Shown in pieces: positions 1 to 15,229 of a stretch of 64,000 bases of DNA. The number at the start of each line of letters is the position of its first letter. The first letter of the stretch is position 1. The translations under genes and the position numbers were made by a program. The stretch lies in assembly GCA_964057225.1 (NCBI GenBank), contig OZ059898.1:15128001-15192000 (forward strand), in the 5' to 3' direction. Below the pieces are notes generated by a model. It searched no databases. It was not told where the DNA came from and worked only from the letters and a program-made list of their open reading frames with translations. The stretch comes from Auanema rhodensis (taxonomy: Eukaryota; Animalia; Nematoda).

Positions 1-2195
<2,195 letters not shown>

Positions 2196-2418
2196 CTAAA
2201 TGCCATGTATATAGGGTCAATGGTGATTGGTACTACTCGTTTTTTTTAAATTTCTATTTCGTAACTTTTAAAGTTTTTTATGCTCATTTTAAATGTTATA
2301 TCTCGCCAGAATTGTCAGGAACAACATGGTCTTTTCAACATACTTCAGTTGCAATACTATGTTTGTATAATAAAACATTTATAAATAATAATGAATTACA
2401 ATAAAAAAAATATTATGT

Positions 2419-3241
2419 TTATGCGAAGCTAGCATCCCCAGGATAAAAGCATTTAATGGAACGGTCTCCTGTTAAATATAATAGCTCTGTTTTCTGGAGA
2501 CTTAGAGAGCAGCTCTTCGTGGTAACGTGAAGCTATAATACGAGAGTTAAGGTTTGTGGTGATTTACCGGATAACCTTTCCAGTCACGTCTTTTCCGAAT
2601 CCACCACCAATTAATTCAAGAGTAACATTTGTATCCGCGTATAGAGCCAGTTTTTTTAAAGTCTATCAGAATGAGATAAGAGCTTATATATAAAATATTA
2701 GGCTACCTCGTTATTAATCGAACTTGAAACGTAGACTACGCCGTCTTTGGGAATTATACTCATCGCCTTATACACCATTTTTATAACGCTGGATGATGGG
2801 ACACCTAGCCTTTCCCATAAACTTACGTCATCTAATATGACAACTTCAGGACAAGCCTCCTTTAACGCAGCCTTAAACAACACCTTGACCAGAATAAACA
2901 GGGAAAGCGCTAACACTAATTAAGGTTTCTATTCCTTCAGATTCATCATTTAATAGAGAACCTATCTCCTTAATCTTTACAAGACTGGGATCCATTCTTA
3001 TAGCAAACTTAGCAGCCATCAGCCTAATAATTTTTTAAAAATAGCACTACTACATCTTGTAGTCCCAATACCTATATTGCATATCTGATCGCCTTGAGGA
3101 CAAGAGCAAAGCTCTCTTCTTTTGAGCGCATGCATGTGACAAGTAATGCAAATGAAGGAAAACGTCCGACGAGCTATCCTCAGCATACACGGCACACAGC
3201 CCGCTCGACGTTGAAGGGATTTTACTGAGTAATTGAAGCAT
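2419..3241 (-). CDS. Elongator complex subunit 6 (ELP6)-like protein, 5 exons
   Basis: ATG follows a TTTTAAG acceptor. Spliced product has VVILDDVSLW, LALYADTNVTLELIGGGFGKDVTGKL and terminal YLTGDRSIKCFYPG, resembling ELP6 motifs (DD.S; G..KDV.G.L; D.S...F..G). Confidence 0.75.
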
Positions 3242-3359
3242 TCTTAAAACTGTATGAGTGCGAATATACAAGACCCAATGTAACAGATACACCCCTGTTT
3301 CCACAGATAATAAATAAATCAACGTTTTTATATTATTTTCATAACAGCAACAAGAACAA

Positions 3360-4106
3360 TTAGTTGTATCCGAAACTCTCGATGATCTTCTGGTATGGAG
3401 CAATCTTAGCAGCGACGTTCTTCTTGGCCTATAATTAAATTATATATTAAAAATACTGCCTAACTATGTCTACCTGCTCTTGGATACTGATAAGCTTCTT
3501 CTTGTCCTCGAAGTAAGCAGCTCCCTTAACCTTTCTCTTAGCCTCGAGCTTGGAAACAACATCTTGGTATTGCCATCCGACCTCGTGGGAGAGTCTTCCG
3601 ACTAAACAAAAAATTAAATACAGAAAAAAATTACAAAAGCACTTACCGCTACAGAATTTGCGTCTTGGCTTAAGTCCGAGATGTCTGCTGGCAGTTGGTA
3701 CACTGAACTTAGTCTGACGGTCATATGGTTGGGGAACTCCCTCATAAACTCTGAGGCTCTTGAGGGCAGTATTTCCATGAGGAGTCTTGTGGGGAAGCAT
3801 ACCTAATTATTTAATATAATTATAATATCAGCAAAATATTAACATACCTCTGACGGTTCTCCAGAAGATCTTGCTGGGAGATCTAAGATGGAATGGACCA
3901 CGAGAGGGGTTGATGTTGATTCTCTTTCTCAAGAAAGAAAGGTACTTCAGCTTAGATCTGTGGAAGTTTCCAGAGATGTTAATTTCCTCACATCTAAGGA
4001 CGACGACCTTCTCTCCTTGAAGGAGTTGCTTGGCGACAACGGAGGCCAAACGTCCGAGAAGATGGTCTTTTCCATCGACGACGATGGGCTTGCCTGTTAA
4101 ACCCAT
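3360..4106 (-). CDS. rpl-16: 60S ribosomal protein L13a/uL13, 4 exons
   Basis: [22 protein letters not shown]...[25 protein letters not shown]...ESFGYN*. Confidence 0.97.
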
Positions 4107-4604
4107 GTTGAACCCTAAGATAATGCAAAATGAATTGAACTAATACATAAACATGAAGATAAATAAGCCATTTCATAAATAAAACGATTTTTCTTTTGTT
4201 AAAATTGGATAAAGAATAATAAAATCTACAAATAACTAAGCAAAGCATTTACAAAATTATCAAAAAAAGGGTTAAAATTTGGGAGTACGTGAAAACAAGA
4301 ATAGAATTGATTTGCTAGATTACGGTAAATTTCTTTCCCGGTGCCTTGGTGCGCAATATCAGGAAATTCCACACAGGACCATTTTTACCATTTTTTTTCT
4401 TTTTTAAATTCCTATATGTTTCAATTAAAGGTTTTGATTTCAATAATAATTCTCAATTTGCTTAAGATGAAGCTTTAGGATAAACCCAAAAAGATTTCGA
4501 ATTTTAAAATATTGTAGAATGATATATCAAATTCTACTTTTAGTTCGACTGCTCGTTCTGTGTTAGTTTTCATTAGTCTTAGTTTCAGTTTGTATTTGAA
4601 ATAT

Positions 4605-5123
4605 TTATTTGTAAACTGAAAAATCACATTCTAATGTAGCAATAAAGTCTAATATTAACATTTGGAGTTCAATTTCGTGGTTACTCGTGGTGATTCTAAA
4701 CGCTGGTACATTTAATGCTCTTAGTGCAGCTTGCTGTTGCCCAATAATCTGTAAAACTGACATTTTTTAAGTCTGTGCGAGCACATCTTTACCTCGTCTA
4801 AAACCTGAACAATGCCAGAATCATTTGCTAGAAGTTTGTCTTCCAGCTGCGGGTCTCCTTGGCACTTGCGTAATAGGTCCGTTCTCTTCTCATTGAGACT
4901 GCTGTAGTGTTGTAACATTTCCCAAATCGTGATTTTTCACCTCTAGTAACCTTTCAGTTTTATGTTGCTCATTTCTTAGCTCCATTACTTTGGCATAAAC
5001 TTTTCCATTCTCGAGCACACTTATTAATTCGTTTTGCAACGCTTCATTAAATCGCCATTGCTGACCTTCATTAAGATTTTTTACATAATTCTGCAACGTC
5101 CGACGGATAACCTCTCTTGTCAT
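4605..5123 (-). CDS. DGCR6/gonadal family protein, 3 exons
   Basis: Spliced product LQNYVKNL...LENGKVYAKVMELRNEQHKTERLL...DSGIVQVLDEIIGQQQAALRALNVPAFRITTSNHEIELQMLILDFI aligns by eye with DGCR6 ([39 protein letters not shown]). Acceptor TTTGCAG precedes the ATG. Confidence 0.75.
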
Positions 5124-5820
5124 ACCTGCAAAAAAGTCTTAGTTGGAAATAGCGCTGTTTTTGAATGTTATTCAACATATATGATGCTTTGAATAAATTC
5201 AATCTATAGTATTACTTAATTTTTGAGTTAGAAAATCATATATAATTTGTGAAAAATAAGTAGAAAAAGTAAATTAGAAGTAAAGCTGTCAATTAAAATT
5301 TATATTTCGATCGATTACTCATGTAATGGTTATTTTGATTTACAATTTTGTTCACAAATATTATTAATGTCTTTTAACTATTACGCATTTTTTAAAAAAT
5401 AAGTATTAATATAAAAAAAATATTTTTGTAATTTAAATGAGTGTATGTTTTTGTCACTGTATTGCTCTACTTCAGTTGCAATGCTTTGCTGTTTCTGTAG
5501 GATTTAAATCCGAGATACGACATAATGCGTACCCTTTATCTCCGTACGTGCTTGAAAAAATGTTCAAATTCTGGCGCCATTTGTAATCTCGTATTTAGAA
5601 TTTCGTAGAAAGCTGTAAAGCGATAAGGAGAGCTAATAAGTAGGAGCTTAAAGTGTCCAATGTTTTATTTTTGACCAGTTGATAAGTAGCCACTGTGTCT
5701 TATCTATGTTGTACTATTTCTTGATTGTGCACCCACCGTTCGTTTTACTTGTGTCTATTCTAACGGTTTTTTACTTGTGTGTCTATTCTGACGGTTTTTC
5801 TACATTCTGTTTTTTTAGGT

Positions 5821-7234
5821 ATGCCAAGAATCGAAACTGAGCCTAAACTTGATTTCAAGGATGTTCTTCTGCGTCCTAAGCGCTCTACCTTGAAGAGTCG
5901 TGCAGACGTTGATCTTGTTAGAGAGTAAGTTAACAGTCTAAACGAAAAATAATTTTTGAATAAAGGTATGAGTTCAAAAACTCCAAGATGACATATACTG
6001 GTATCCCAGTTGTTGCTTCTAACATGGACACTGTAGGAACATTTGAAATGGCTTCCACTTTAGCCAAACACAAAATGTTCACCACTGTTCATAAACATTA
6101 CTCCGTAAGTTGGTTGTTTTGCATGTGTTTCTAAGAAAAACCTTAGGTTGATGAGTGGAAGGCTTTCTACGATAACAACAAAGATTCAACTGTCTTTGAA
6201 CACACGGCTGTCTCATCCGGTATCTCTGATGCTGACTTCACTAAGGTTTAAATTATCCATTGACTACTGGTTTTATGCGAAATAATTACAGTTGGGACAA
6301 ATCGTTGATGCTGTTCCTGATTTGGAGTTTATCTGCCTGGATGTTGCCAACGGATATTCCGAGAGCTTTGTTGATTTCATTAGAAGAGTTCGTGAACAAT
6401 ACCCAAGGTATTTGTGTTATTGTTCTTCGAAGTTTCTAAATATGAAAATTAGACATACTATCATGGCTGGAAATGTCGTCACTGGAGAAATGGTTGAAGA
6501 GTTGATTCTCTCGGGTGCGGATATCGTTAAGGTTGGAATTGGTCCAGGATCTGTCTGCACCACCCGCAAGAAGGCTGGAGTTGGCTATCCTCAATTGAGC
6601 TGTGTAGGGCGATTAGAATAACAACAAAAAAACAAATGGTAGATTTTAGGTCCTCGAATGTGCTGATGCTGCTCATGGTCTTAACGGACATGTAATGAGC
6701 GATGGAGGTTGCACCAACCCTGGTGATGTTGCCAAGGCTTTCGGAGCTGGTTTGTTTTATTTTTCTGTATACTTTCTTAATTTGAATTGAATAGGAGCTG
6801 ATTTCGTTATGATCGGAGGTCTTTTCGCTGGTCACGACCAGAGCGGTGGAGACATTATCGAGAAAAACGGAAAGGTATACGACTCTTTTTTTTCTAATTT
6901 CAACATCTTTTTGTAGAAGTACAAGCTTTTCTACGGAATGAGCTCTGACACCGCCATGAAGAAGCATCACGGAAGTGTTGCTGAATATAGAGCCAGTGAA
7001 GGAAAAACCATCACTATCCCATACAGAGGTGATGCTAACAACACTTGTCTCGATATTCTTGGAGGAATTCGATCCGCTTGCACCTACACAGGATCTACCA
7101 AACTGAAGGCATGTGCCCAGTGGCTGCATTCTAAATGTCTTAATTTGCTAAAATTGCAGGAATTGCCCAAGCGTGCTACTTTCATCCGTGTCACTCAGCA
7201 AACCAACGACATGTATGTCCCATATGAGGTCTAA
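5821..7234 (+). CDS. gmpr-1: GMP reductase
   Basis: [67 protein letters not shown]. Last intron is GC-AG. Confidence 0.95.
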
Positions 7235-8370
7235 GGAAATCAGCATAAGATTTTTATGGTTTTTGTTTGTTTAAAATGTTGCCACGACTTGTTATCGTCA
7301 CCATAACTTGCAAATTGTTGTTTCATATAAGTTGATATGCAGGTTTTTGAAGAGCAAATAGCTCGGTGTAGTAAGAATTGTTACGCTTTAACTGGTTGAT
7401 GAAATGAATTTATCTATTTACTGTTATCACATCTTCATTCATCGTAAGAAAATAAACTGTACTGCTTTATGATGGACAGAAGTTCTAAGGTTGACTGTAC
7501 CTCTACTGAAGGAAAGGTCTGTTCAAGTTTGTACCTTATCTCTTCCTATCTCTCGGTGATACCGAATGAATAATGCCCGCGTTATCAGCATTTAGCCTTA
7601 TTTGCACTCGTATGCTTCTTCTGTGTAAAATTCTATTGGTATTTCGCATTAGCTCTATTGACTACTCGCCACTAGTCAACATTGTTTCTTACATGTGTTA
7701 ACTTGTATACAGTCGATCAGACTGTTTCTTCATTTTTTTCAGTTCTGGATTCAATGAATTACTTTTTCAAAAGATTCTTAGTTTATGCTTACATTTCTTT
7801 GAAATAAACTTCCTCGATCTTCAGTCATATACTGAAGATCATATGTTACAACCGTTAAAACTGCCGGCTGCGACCTGTATTGACAGCTTGGTAGACGTGC
7901 ATTGCCCTTAGATTTTCTCTATCTCCATATCCATTCTCAAATAATTTTTATTTTCTCAAGAAGTGTGAACTTATTTCTTAGTAAGTGTTTTATGGTGTTT
8001 TGCCTGCGGCCTAAATGTATTAGGACCACTTTCGTCAGACGGATGCTGCCATAATCAACTCAACATCCTAGCTGCTTCCTAGACTGCTTTCTCTTACATT
8101 TCTTCTGTTTTGCAGTTAGCTTGCTGCTACGCCGAGTTTAGGATTTACCCAGTTAGCCTAGATGCGCTGGAGAGATATCACGTCCTTTTGTTTAAAATTT
8201 GCTTTTCGTCGAGACCATTTTTTGTTCTAAAAACATTATGAAGCTCGTACAGCCCACAGCCGATGACCCTTGACGGGCCTGTCTGAAGAGCGTTTTTGTG
8301 GTCTTGTTACATGTGCTTTCGTCATTTCATTTGAAACTAAACATTGATATTCCATTTTTGGCTTCGAAAA

Positions 8371-10556
8371 ATGACACAACGGCCTCGCGAATATGTTCAT
8401 GTGGGTAGTGGTTTGCATCCGTCTGCGAGCCTTCAGAAGCGTAACTCAATCCATGTTTCTCAACCTCTGAAGTACCGGAATTCGATCATCAAGCCCGAAA
8501 TTCGGGACGCTAAGGTTTGTTCTTCATGTTTCTCATTTGAAAGCTATTCCATGTTTGAAGTGTACATTAAGCCTATTTTCTCTTTTATTCGTACAACTTA
8601 TCTTATCAAACCTGGAAATGTGTCATAAAATTGCATCTCATACCCATTGATTGTCGTCCTTCCGAGCATTTAACATATAACTGTCAGTAATTCTTACGAT
8701 CACATAATACCTTTTACATTACTTAGACATTCCCATTTACCAACTTTATTTGAGCATGTTCTTAAACATCATAAGCATGACTCTTTAGTATAGTATGTAT
8801 CCACACAAATTTTTTATGATTAATAATTGATTTAATGAATGAATTGCATGCTATTCATATCTAACCCCACACACACGCACGTTTATGTGCTGCTCATTCC
8901 CATTTGAAATTTTCGAAACTGATCAGTTAATACCTTTGATATTACGAATTGATTCTTAATATTTTCTTTCTTAACCATTCCGCTTTTCATAACTCTCATG
9001 TTATACAGTTCATTCTCTATGCATGTGTTTCCAAACTAATCAATTCATGTTTTCATTTTAATATTATATTTAACATTTTTATATTTAAATTAACCTTTAT
9101 TTATTGTACTACTTTAGTATCTCAGATCAAAATTATGTCATCTGCAAGAAGTGTTACTAAATCAATCTCGGTAAATTAACTAATTATAACATTTTTGGCA
9201 ACAACCTTTTTAAGATTAAAACATTTAATTTTTTAATCATACTCACTACGTTTACTAATACTAAAATGATTTTTCATTTCAGAGCATGCAAGATGTGTCA
9301 GCTCATCATGCCACTGAGATAGTTCACTTTAATGTTGGAGGAAAAAGGTAAGATATGATTAGTATTTAATAAAGATATATACTTGGTACTAAATCATAAA
9401 AATGCAACCGCTCGTCATAAATTTAAACGAAAAATGATTTTCACGTTATTTGCAGCTCAAATTAATTTTTTCACGTGAATGCATTTAAGTAAATGAATTG
9501 CTATTACTTTCAGATATTCCACATTTTATGAAACAATTGCACGTTCAAAAAGCGCATTTTTCAATCAATTCATGAGAATTGATGAAGCATCTGGAAAAGT
9601 TCTACTATATCACCGGAATTTCGCGGTTAGTTATATCTATTATATTATATTTATATAACTTAGTCTAATCATATAGCTCGAATATATTTTAAATTTTCGT
9701 TCAAAGTTCAGTTTGAGCTTTTTTTCGTCGAACTTTCTGAATAACATTGATATGTATACATACACATACATATATGTATATATATATACATTTTCTGTTC
9801 ACAAACTGCCGTTCATTAAATCAAAAACGATAATAACAAAACAAAAATTGAAGATAATAGTTTAAAATCAATGATGGTTCATAAAAGTTCATTAGATCTT
9901 TATATTGTTTTTGACAAAATGTTTCCCTTAAAGTTCCTATTTCTATGAAATTGATATAACAATAGTATATATCTATATATATATATATATATAATCAAAT
10001 AGTTTTTAATCTTAAATAGTAATACGTTAAAGGAATGACAACCAAACCTTTTTCAATTGTTTGTTAAGAAGCTGAAGAATTCCAAAAAAAAATTCGTCTG
10101 TATCTATTGTTTGAAAGAAAGACAAAAAAAGATATCATTAACACAGATTTTGGAAACATATTAAACCTTTTAACAAATATTGATCTAAAGTTACTTTTTG
10201 TAATTGTAGGACGACGGTCAAAATGCAATTTTTATCAATCGTGATGGAGATCTATTTTCCTATGTTCTTCATTATTTACGTGATGGAAGCAAGTCAGCTA
10301 TACCTTCGGACATATTTCTGATTAAACAACTTGTGGTAACTATCCTTAGTTTCATTTCAGAATTACATATATTCATTATCTTCAGAGGGAATCTGAATTC
10401 TATGGTTTGGATATATGGCGTAGAAGCTTAGTAGAAACACTTCAATACGAGGAACAGCGTAGAAATGAATTTGAAGATAGCATAGACAATCTTCGTGGAA
10501 ATGTTGGAGTTATAGCTAAGAATATGTACCACGGTGAAAGATCTTTCAAACGTTAA
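8371..10556 (+). CDS. BTB/POZ (KCTD/T1-type) domain protein; first exon 8371-8514 tentative, alternative start at ATG 9286
   Basis: EIVHFNVGGKRYSTFYETIAR...IFINRDGDLFSYVLHYLRDG...RESEFYGL is a KCTD BTB signature. The 8371-8514 exon joins in frame (AAG|GT ... TTTCAG|AGC ATG). Confidence 0.85.
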
Positions 10557-11376
10557 CTGGCTTTATCAAAAGCTTCGTATTTGCTGAGACAGAGAAAGAG
10601 ATAACTGTTCCTTTCTGTGAATTTTATACAATTTGCTTTATTATTTAAATGTTATTGTAAATAAAATAATTTTATTTAATTTTATTTTTACTAAATTATA
10701 CGTAGATCATGTCTATATTTCTTAAAGTTGATGATCAAAATGATCTTGAAAAACAAAACCTTTATTCATTTATTCGGAAAAATGATAACAGGCCTAATCT
10801 ACTACATCCTGTTTCATAATTCAGAATTTAACTTATCGTTCATATATTAAGCTTCTCAAATTCATAGAACACCCTAATCGCATCGTGTTGCATTAATCTG
10901 ACACTTTTTACCTTTCCTCCCAAATATAACTGCTGTATATGTTTCGACAATAGTCTCAAAGAAGACACGTAAAATGGCAAAATCAAATGTTTCTGAGAGC
11001 TTTTTCGAAAAAACGTGATTTCAAATCTTTATTTTCTTCAATAAAACTTTGTTTTGAAACAATTAGTTGTCTTCATTCAAACACTATTTGGTGACGGTTT
11101 GGCGCCTTGTGGGTGCTAGTTATCGTCATCAAATTCATATCATTCAATCTCAAATATAAAGAATTGAGTCTTCAATGTTATTACTCATTACTTAGTAAAG
11201 AAGTAGATTTGGGCGTCTTTTCTCACTTTCTTATCATAAAGTAACTTAATTTTAAATTTCTTATCTTTCTTTTTGGAAATATAGATACATATATTCTTGT
11301 TTATTTACCCGAATTTGTGTTTATTTTGAGAAAGATACGATAGGATAAAGTCAGAAAACTGTCTTTTCCTTGTTGA

Positions 11377-13848
11377 TTATCTGCTAGTAGATCGATTGAC
11401 GTGAGTACGATGTATAAGCTCAACTGAGCCTAAAGTCGAATTCGTATTTGTATTTCGCAAATTTTGAAATCCATTTTGCTTGAGAATTGTCATTTGAGCT
11501 TTTTGCTTCCATTTAAGCATAATCATCATTACAGTAGCTGCAGATCTGAAACCAAGTAAAATTAGATATAGAGAATTCGGGGAAGGAGCTGGACTTGGGA
11601 TTTAAACGTTTTTCTGTTTGGTATTGAGCCACGAATTCCCCTCGGATACCATGTTCCCGCAAATCTGCACCAAGTTCTTCTTCATGTCGAGTTAAACGTA
11701 GTCCCAACGGTGATTTTTGTAGAATCTGAAACCAATCAGTATGAAAAAACATCTGAAAAGTTGGCACGTTATACATAAAGGGTGATGAAAGCAACAACGC
11801 AAGCCCACACCGAGATTATCGCTATGGCTACTAGTTGATTATACAGCAAACTGAAACCACCACCGTATAGTATACCATTCTGCTGTCGAGTAATTTCATA
11901 CTAGAATAGCCGTAAGCAAGTGGTCACGTTTGAAAATCCAGAATTCTTACGTTAAATGGATCATCTTGTGCAAATATTCCGGCACTCAACATTCCCCAAA
12001 TAGCTCCAACGACATGAACAGGAACAATACCAACCGGATCATCAATCTGATATGTTTAAAGGTTACAACATTAATCTAACAAAAGTATACTTTTGCACTA
12101 TCTAGAATAGGATGTGAAGCTATAGCTAATCCAGCCGCTACTATTCCAACTACGATAGCTTGCCAATGATCTAAGCAAGAGCAGCATGCTGAAATGAGTT
12201 TATTTTTATTTTTCATATTATTCCCAATACAAATTAAAAATTGCATCAATTGTCAAAACAAATGTTGTAAATAGTTAATAAACTTATTATGACCTGTACT
12301 TGCTACGAGTGCAGCTAATAAACCATCTATCATTAAATCGATTTGAATTTGTTTTTGAAAAATGCTTGAAAGTAGTAAAGCTGATAATCCTCCCCCTAAT
12401 GAAGATAGTACAGTACATATTGCTGATCTATAAAAATTTAATTTGATCATCGTAAATTTAGTAGAAAGTTTAGTTTTAATGAATCTCTAACGAGTGCATA
12501 TGTACATGAGACCATTAGTATTATGAAGTGTATTCTTACCTCGCACCCAATCTCCATTTCCCATGACTAACACCATATGTACTTCCAGCATTGAAAGCTA
12601 ACCAACCCCACCAAAGCATAAATGCTCCTAAGCGGAAATTATCGTGAAAAAAACTTTTGAAAATTATTCCTTTAAAAAAAAATTTTTTTTTTTACCTAAT
12701 ATGGCCTTGGTTGGATTGCTCATCCTTTTTTGGGGTTCAGAGCCAAAGCGATGTGTACGGGGTTGTAGATAGATCGTAGCGACTAACCCAGACATTCCAC
12801 CCACTAGATGGACCTGAAATATGCATATGCTAACAATAGAAAACATGTATGTTTCACACAAATTACATATCCTTAGTAATGATTTGGGGTACTTTGGGCT
12901 CTAAGTGGAGTCAATCCTATCTGTAACACCGTTAGGAATGGCACAATCTAGAGCCCTGAATTAACGGTGAATATAAATCTTCCGTAATTCTTTGTATTCA
13001 TATTACACAGCCCACAAAATTGAATATTTTAAAATTTTGAAATAACTTACTACACTACAACCAGCAAAGTCAATTACTCCCATTTTCCATAACAAACCAT
13101 CTTCCGACCACACCCAATGAGCAGGAACAGCATGAATTAGCGACACTACAAATGATATGACAATATACGATTTGAGGTGAACACGTTCTGACATTCCAGC
13201 TGAAAAATTAATTTTATCAACTTCTCATGAGAAATGGAAAGAAATCTGCTGTTTTATTACCTGACACTATAGTTGAAGTAGTTGTAGCACAACTCAGCTG
13301 ATAAATGAATGATGCATATGTCCAACCTTCCTGAAATCCGTATATGAAAATTCATAATTTTCTTTAAATTACACTGTATTTTCGTCAGGTGTATCGGGGT
13401 CGAAGAAGAAATCTCCTATTCCTATGTATGGATTTGCTAATTCCTCGTTTCCACCGAAACTCAAGCCGTAACCAAACATCCAATAAGATAAGCCTGTCAT
13501 GATCATTAGTTCAGTTGATGTTTTTAAAAAGTTTTCTCTCGAGATTACCTCCAAAAACTACATCGACAATATTTTTAACCATGATGTTTACCTGGTCTTT
13601 AGATGAAACTCTCCCGGATTCCAATAATCCAAAACCTATCGACATATTATTTTTCTACATTTTTATAAAAAATTGATTTACCAGATGTCATAGAAAATAT
13701 TGTAAAACTAGCAGAAACAATCCATATTCCATCATCCTAAAAAACATATTTGTAAACATTTGCGATTTCCATAGAAGGCTTTCCCAAATTTTGCAATATT
13801 GTCAATCTTCATTTGTATTTTCAACATACAGTTTAGCAGGGGGAGGGG

Positions 13849-13883
<35 letters not shown>

Positions 13884-14095
13884 TGGTTTGTGTATGTAGA
13901 GAATTGAACTAATAAGAATAGTCAAACAGACTTGATTTGCTTTTTGCTCCTATATGGACTCACCTGAAGCCCTTGATTATCCCATTTCCCCACTTTTTTC
14001 TGATTTCCAGGAATCAAATACTGCATTGAATCATAAATATTATCAGTTACATTTTCAGCTTGTTGTATACTATCGAAAGTTGACTTTGGTATCAT
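11377..14095 (-). CDS. amt-2: Ammonium transporter (Amt family), most like amt-2
   Basis: [87 protein letters not shown] (both pore histidines present), [12 protein letters not shown]. Paralogue assignment is less certain than the family. Confidence 0.85.
13849..13883. repeat. (TAGA)n microsatellite in amt intron
   Basis: Tandem GATA/TAGA units read directly. Confidence 0.9.
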
Positions 14096-15229
14096 TACCT
14101 TAAACATTTAAAGAAATTCAGTTTTTTAATTAGAAAATAACGAGTACTAGTAAGTTTTACAAAGATGCTTTTTTTCATAAACCATAGTTTTTCAAGATCA
14201 TAATCGAGAGAAATAAGAGAAAAACTCAGGTATGTTAAAACAAATCGACAAATGAATCGAAGAATGAAAGAAAACGACAAATAATTTTAGTAAAGTTAAA
14301 TATGAAACACGCATATTTAAATAATTTGATCGATGAATTTGAATGACTTGATCTTTTTTTTTTTTTCAAAAATAAAAGGAGAACGTAATAAACTAATAAA
14401 ATCCAGTAATTGGATTTCTCTTTTCTAATCATTCATATATACATATTTAAATAACAAGAAAGCCTTCAAAGAAAAAATATATTGCGAATGTATGTGATAA
14501 AACCACAGATGGTATAAGCTGTGTGAAATAAATAAACGAAGCAGGATATTGAGAAAAAATATTTCAAGTTGTTCAAGTTGTTTGCAAAAAACATATATCA
14601 TATTCAGATTTTGAAGCAGAAAACATACAAAATTCAATTTTTGAATACATTAATCGCTTCAATGGGTTTTGAATACAAGAACGTGAAGTAGTCACGTCAA
14701 CGAATGCTGAACCTCATTTTATCTTTGAAAAAGGCCAGAAATGGTTGCATTCTATTACGCAGAAGTGTTAATTCGCTTTTCTATGACATAAAGATATTTT
14801 CAGGAGGAAAGATTAAATAGCTAAAATAGGTTTGAAGATTGGCTGTTGAAGAGAATAAACCAATATACTTAGGGAGGTAGTTCCATCCCCTGGGTAACGA
14901 AAGCTGATAATGGTAAGCAGCTTACATTAGCTATTTATAAATTCTAGCATATTGCTATAATAACACATCATGAATACTAATAGTAGTTAATTTAATCAAA
15001 GCATTAAACAGTTTATTTCGAACAGCTCACAGTGAAAGTAAGCAGGGAAATATGATGTTAAATAAATACAGTGAAAAAGCGCCAAGGCACTAGCGTAACA
15101 CATGAGAGACCAGAATGATAATAAATTATTAGAAAACGATAGGTGAAACCCGGGAACGCTACAAAGAATTACTCTATTGTAACGAAGATCTTGTTAAACA
15201 AAATTGCATAGAATGAGCTAATAAGAAGC

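Noticed and set aside
6527-7129. 200-aa antisense ORF over GMP reductase, and similar antisense ORFs over rpl-16, pdi-6, rps-5 and sec-16
   Set aside because: Shadows of codon-biased sense exons, with no independent motifs or splice logic.
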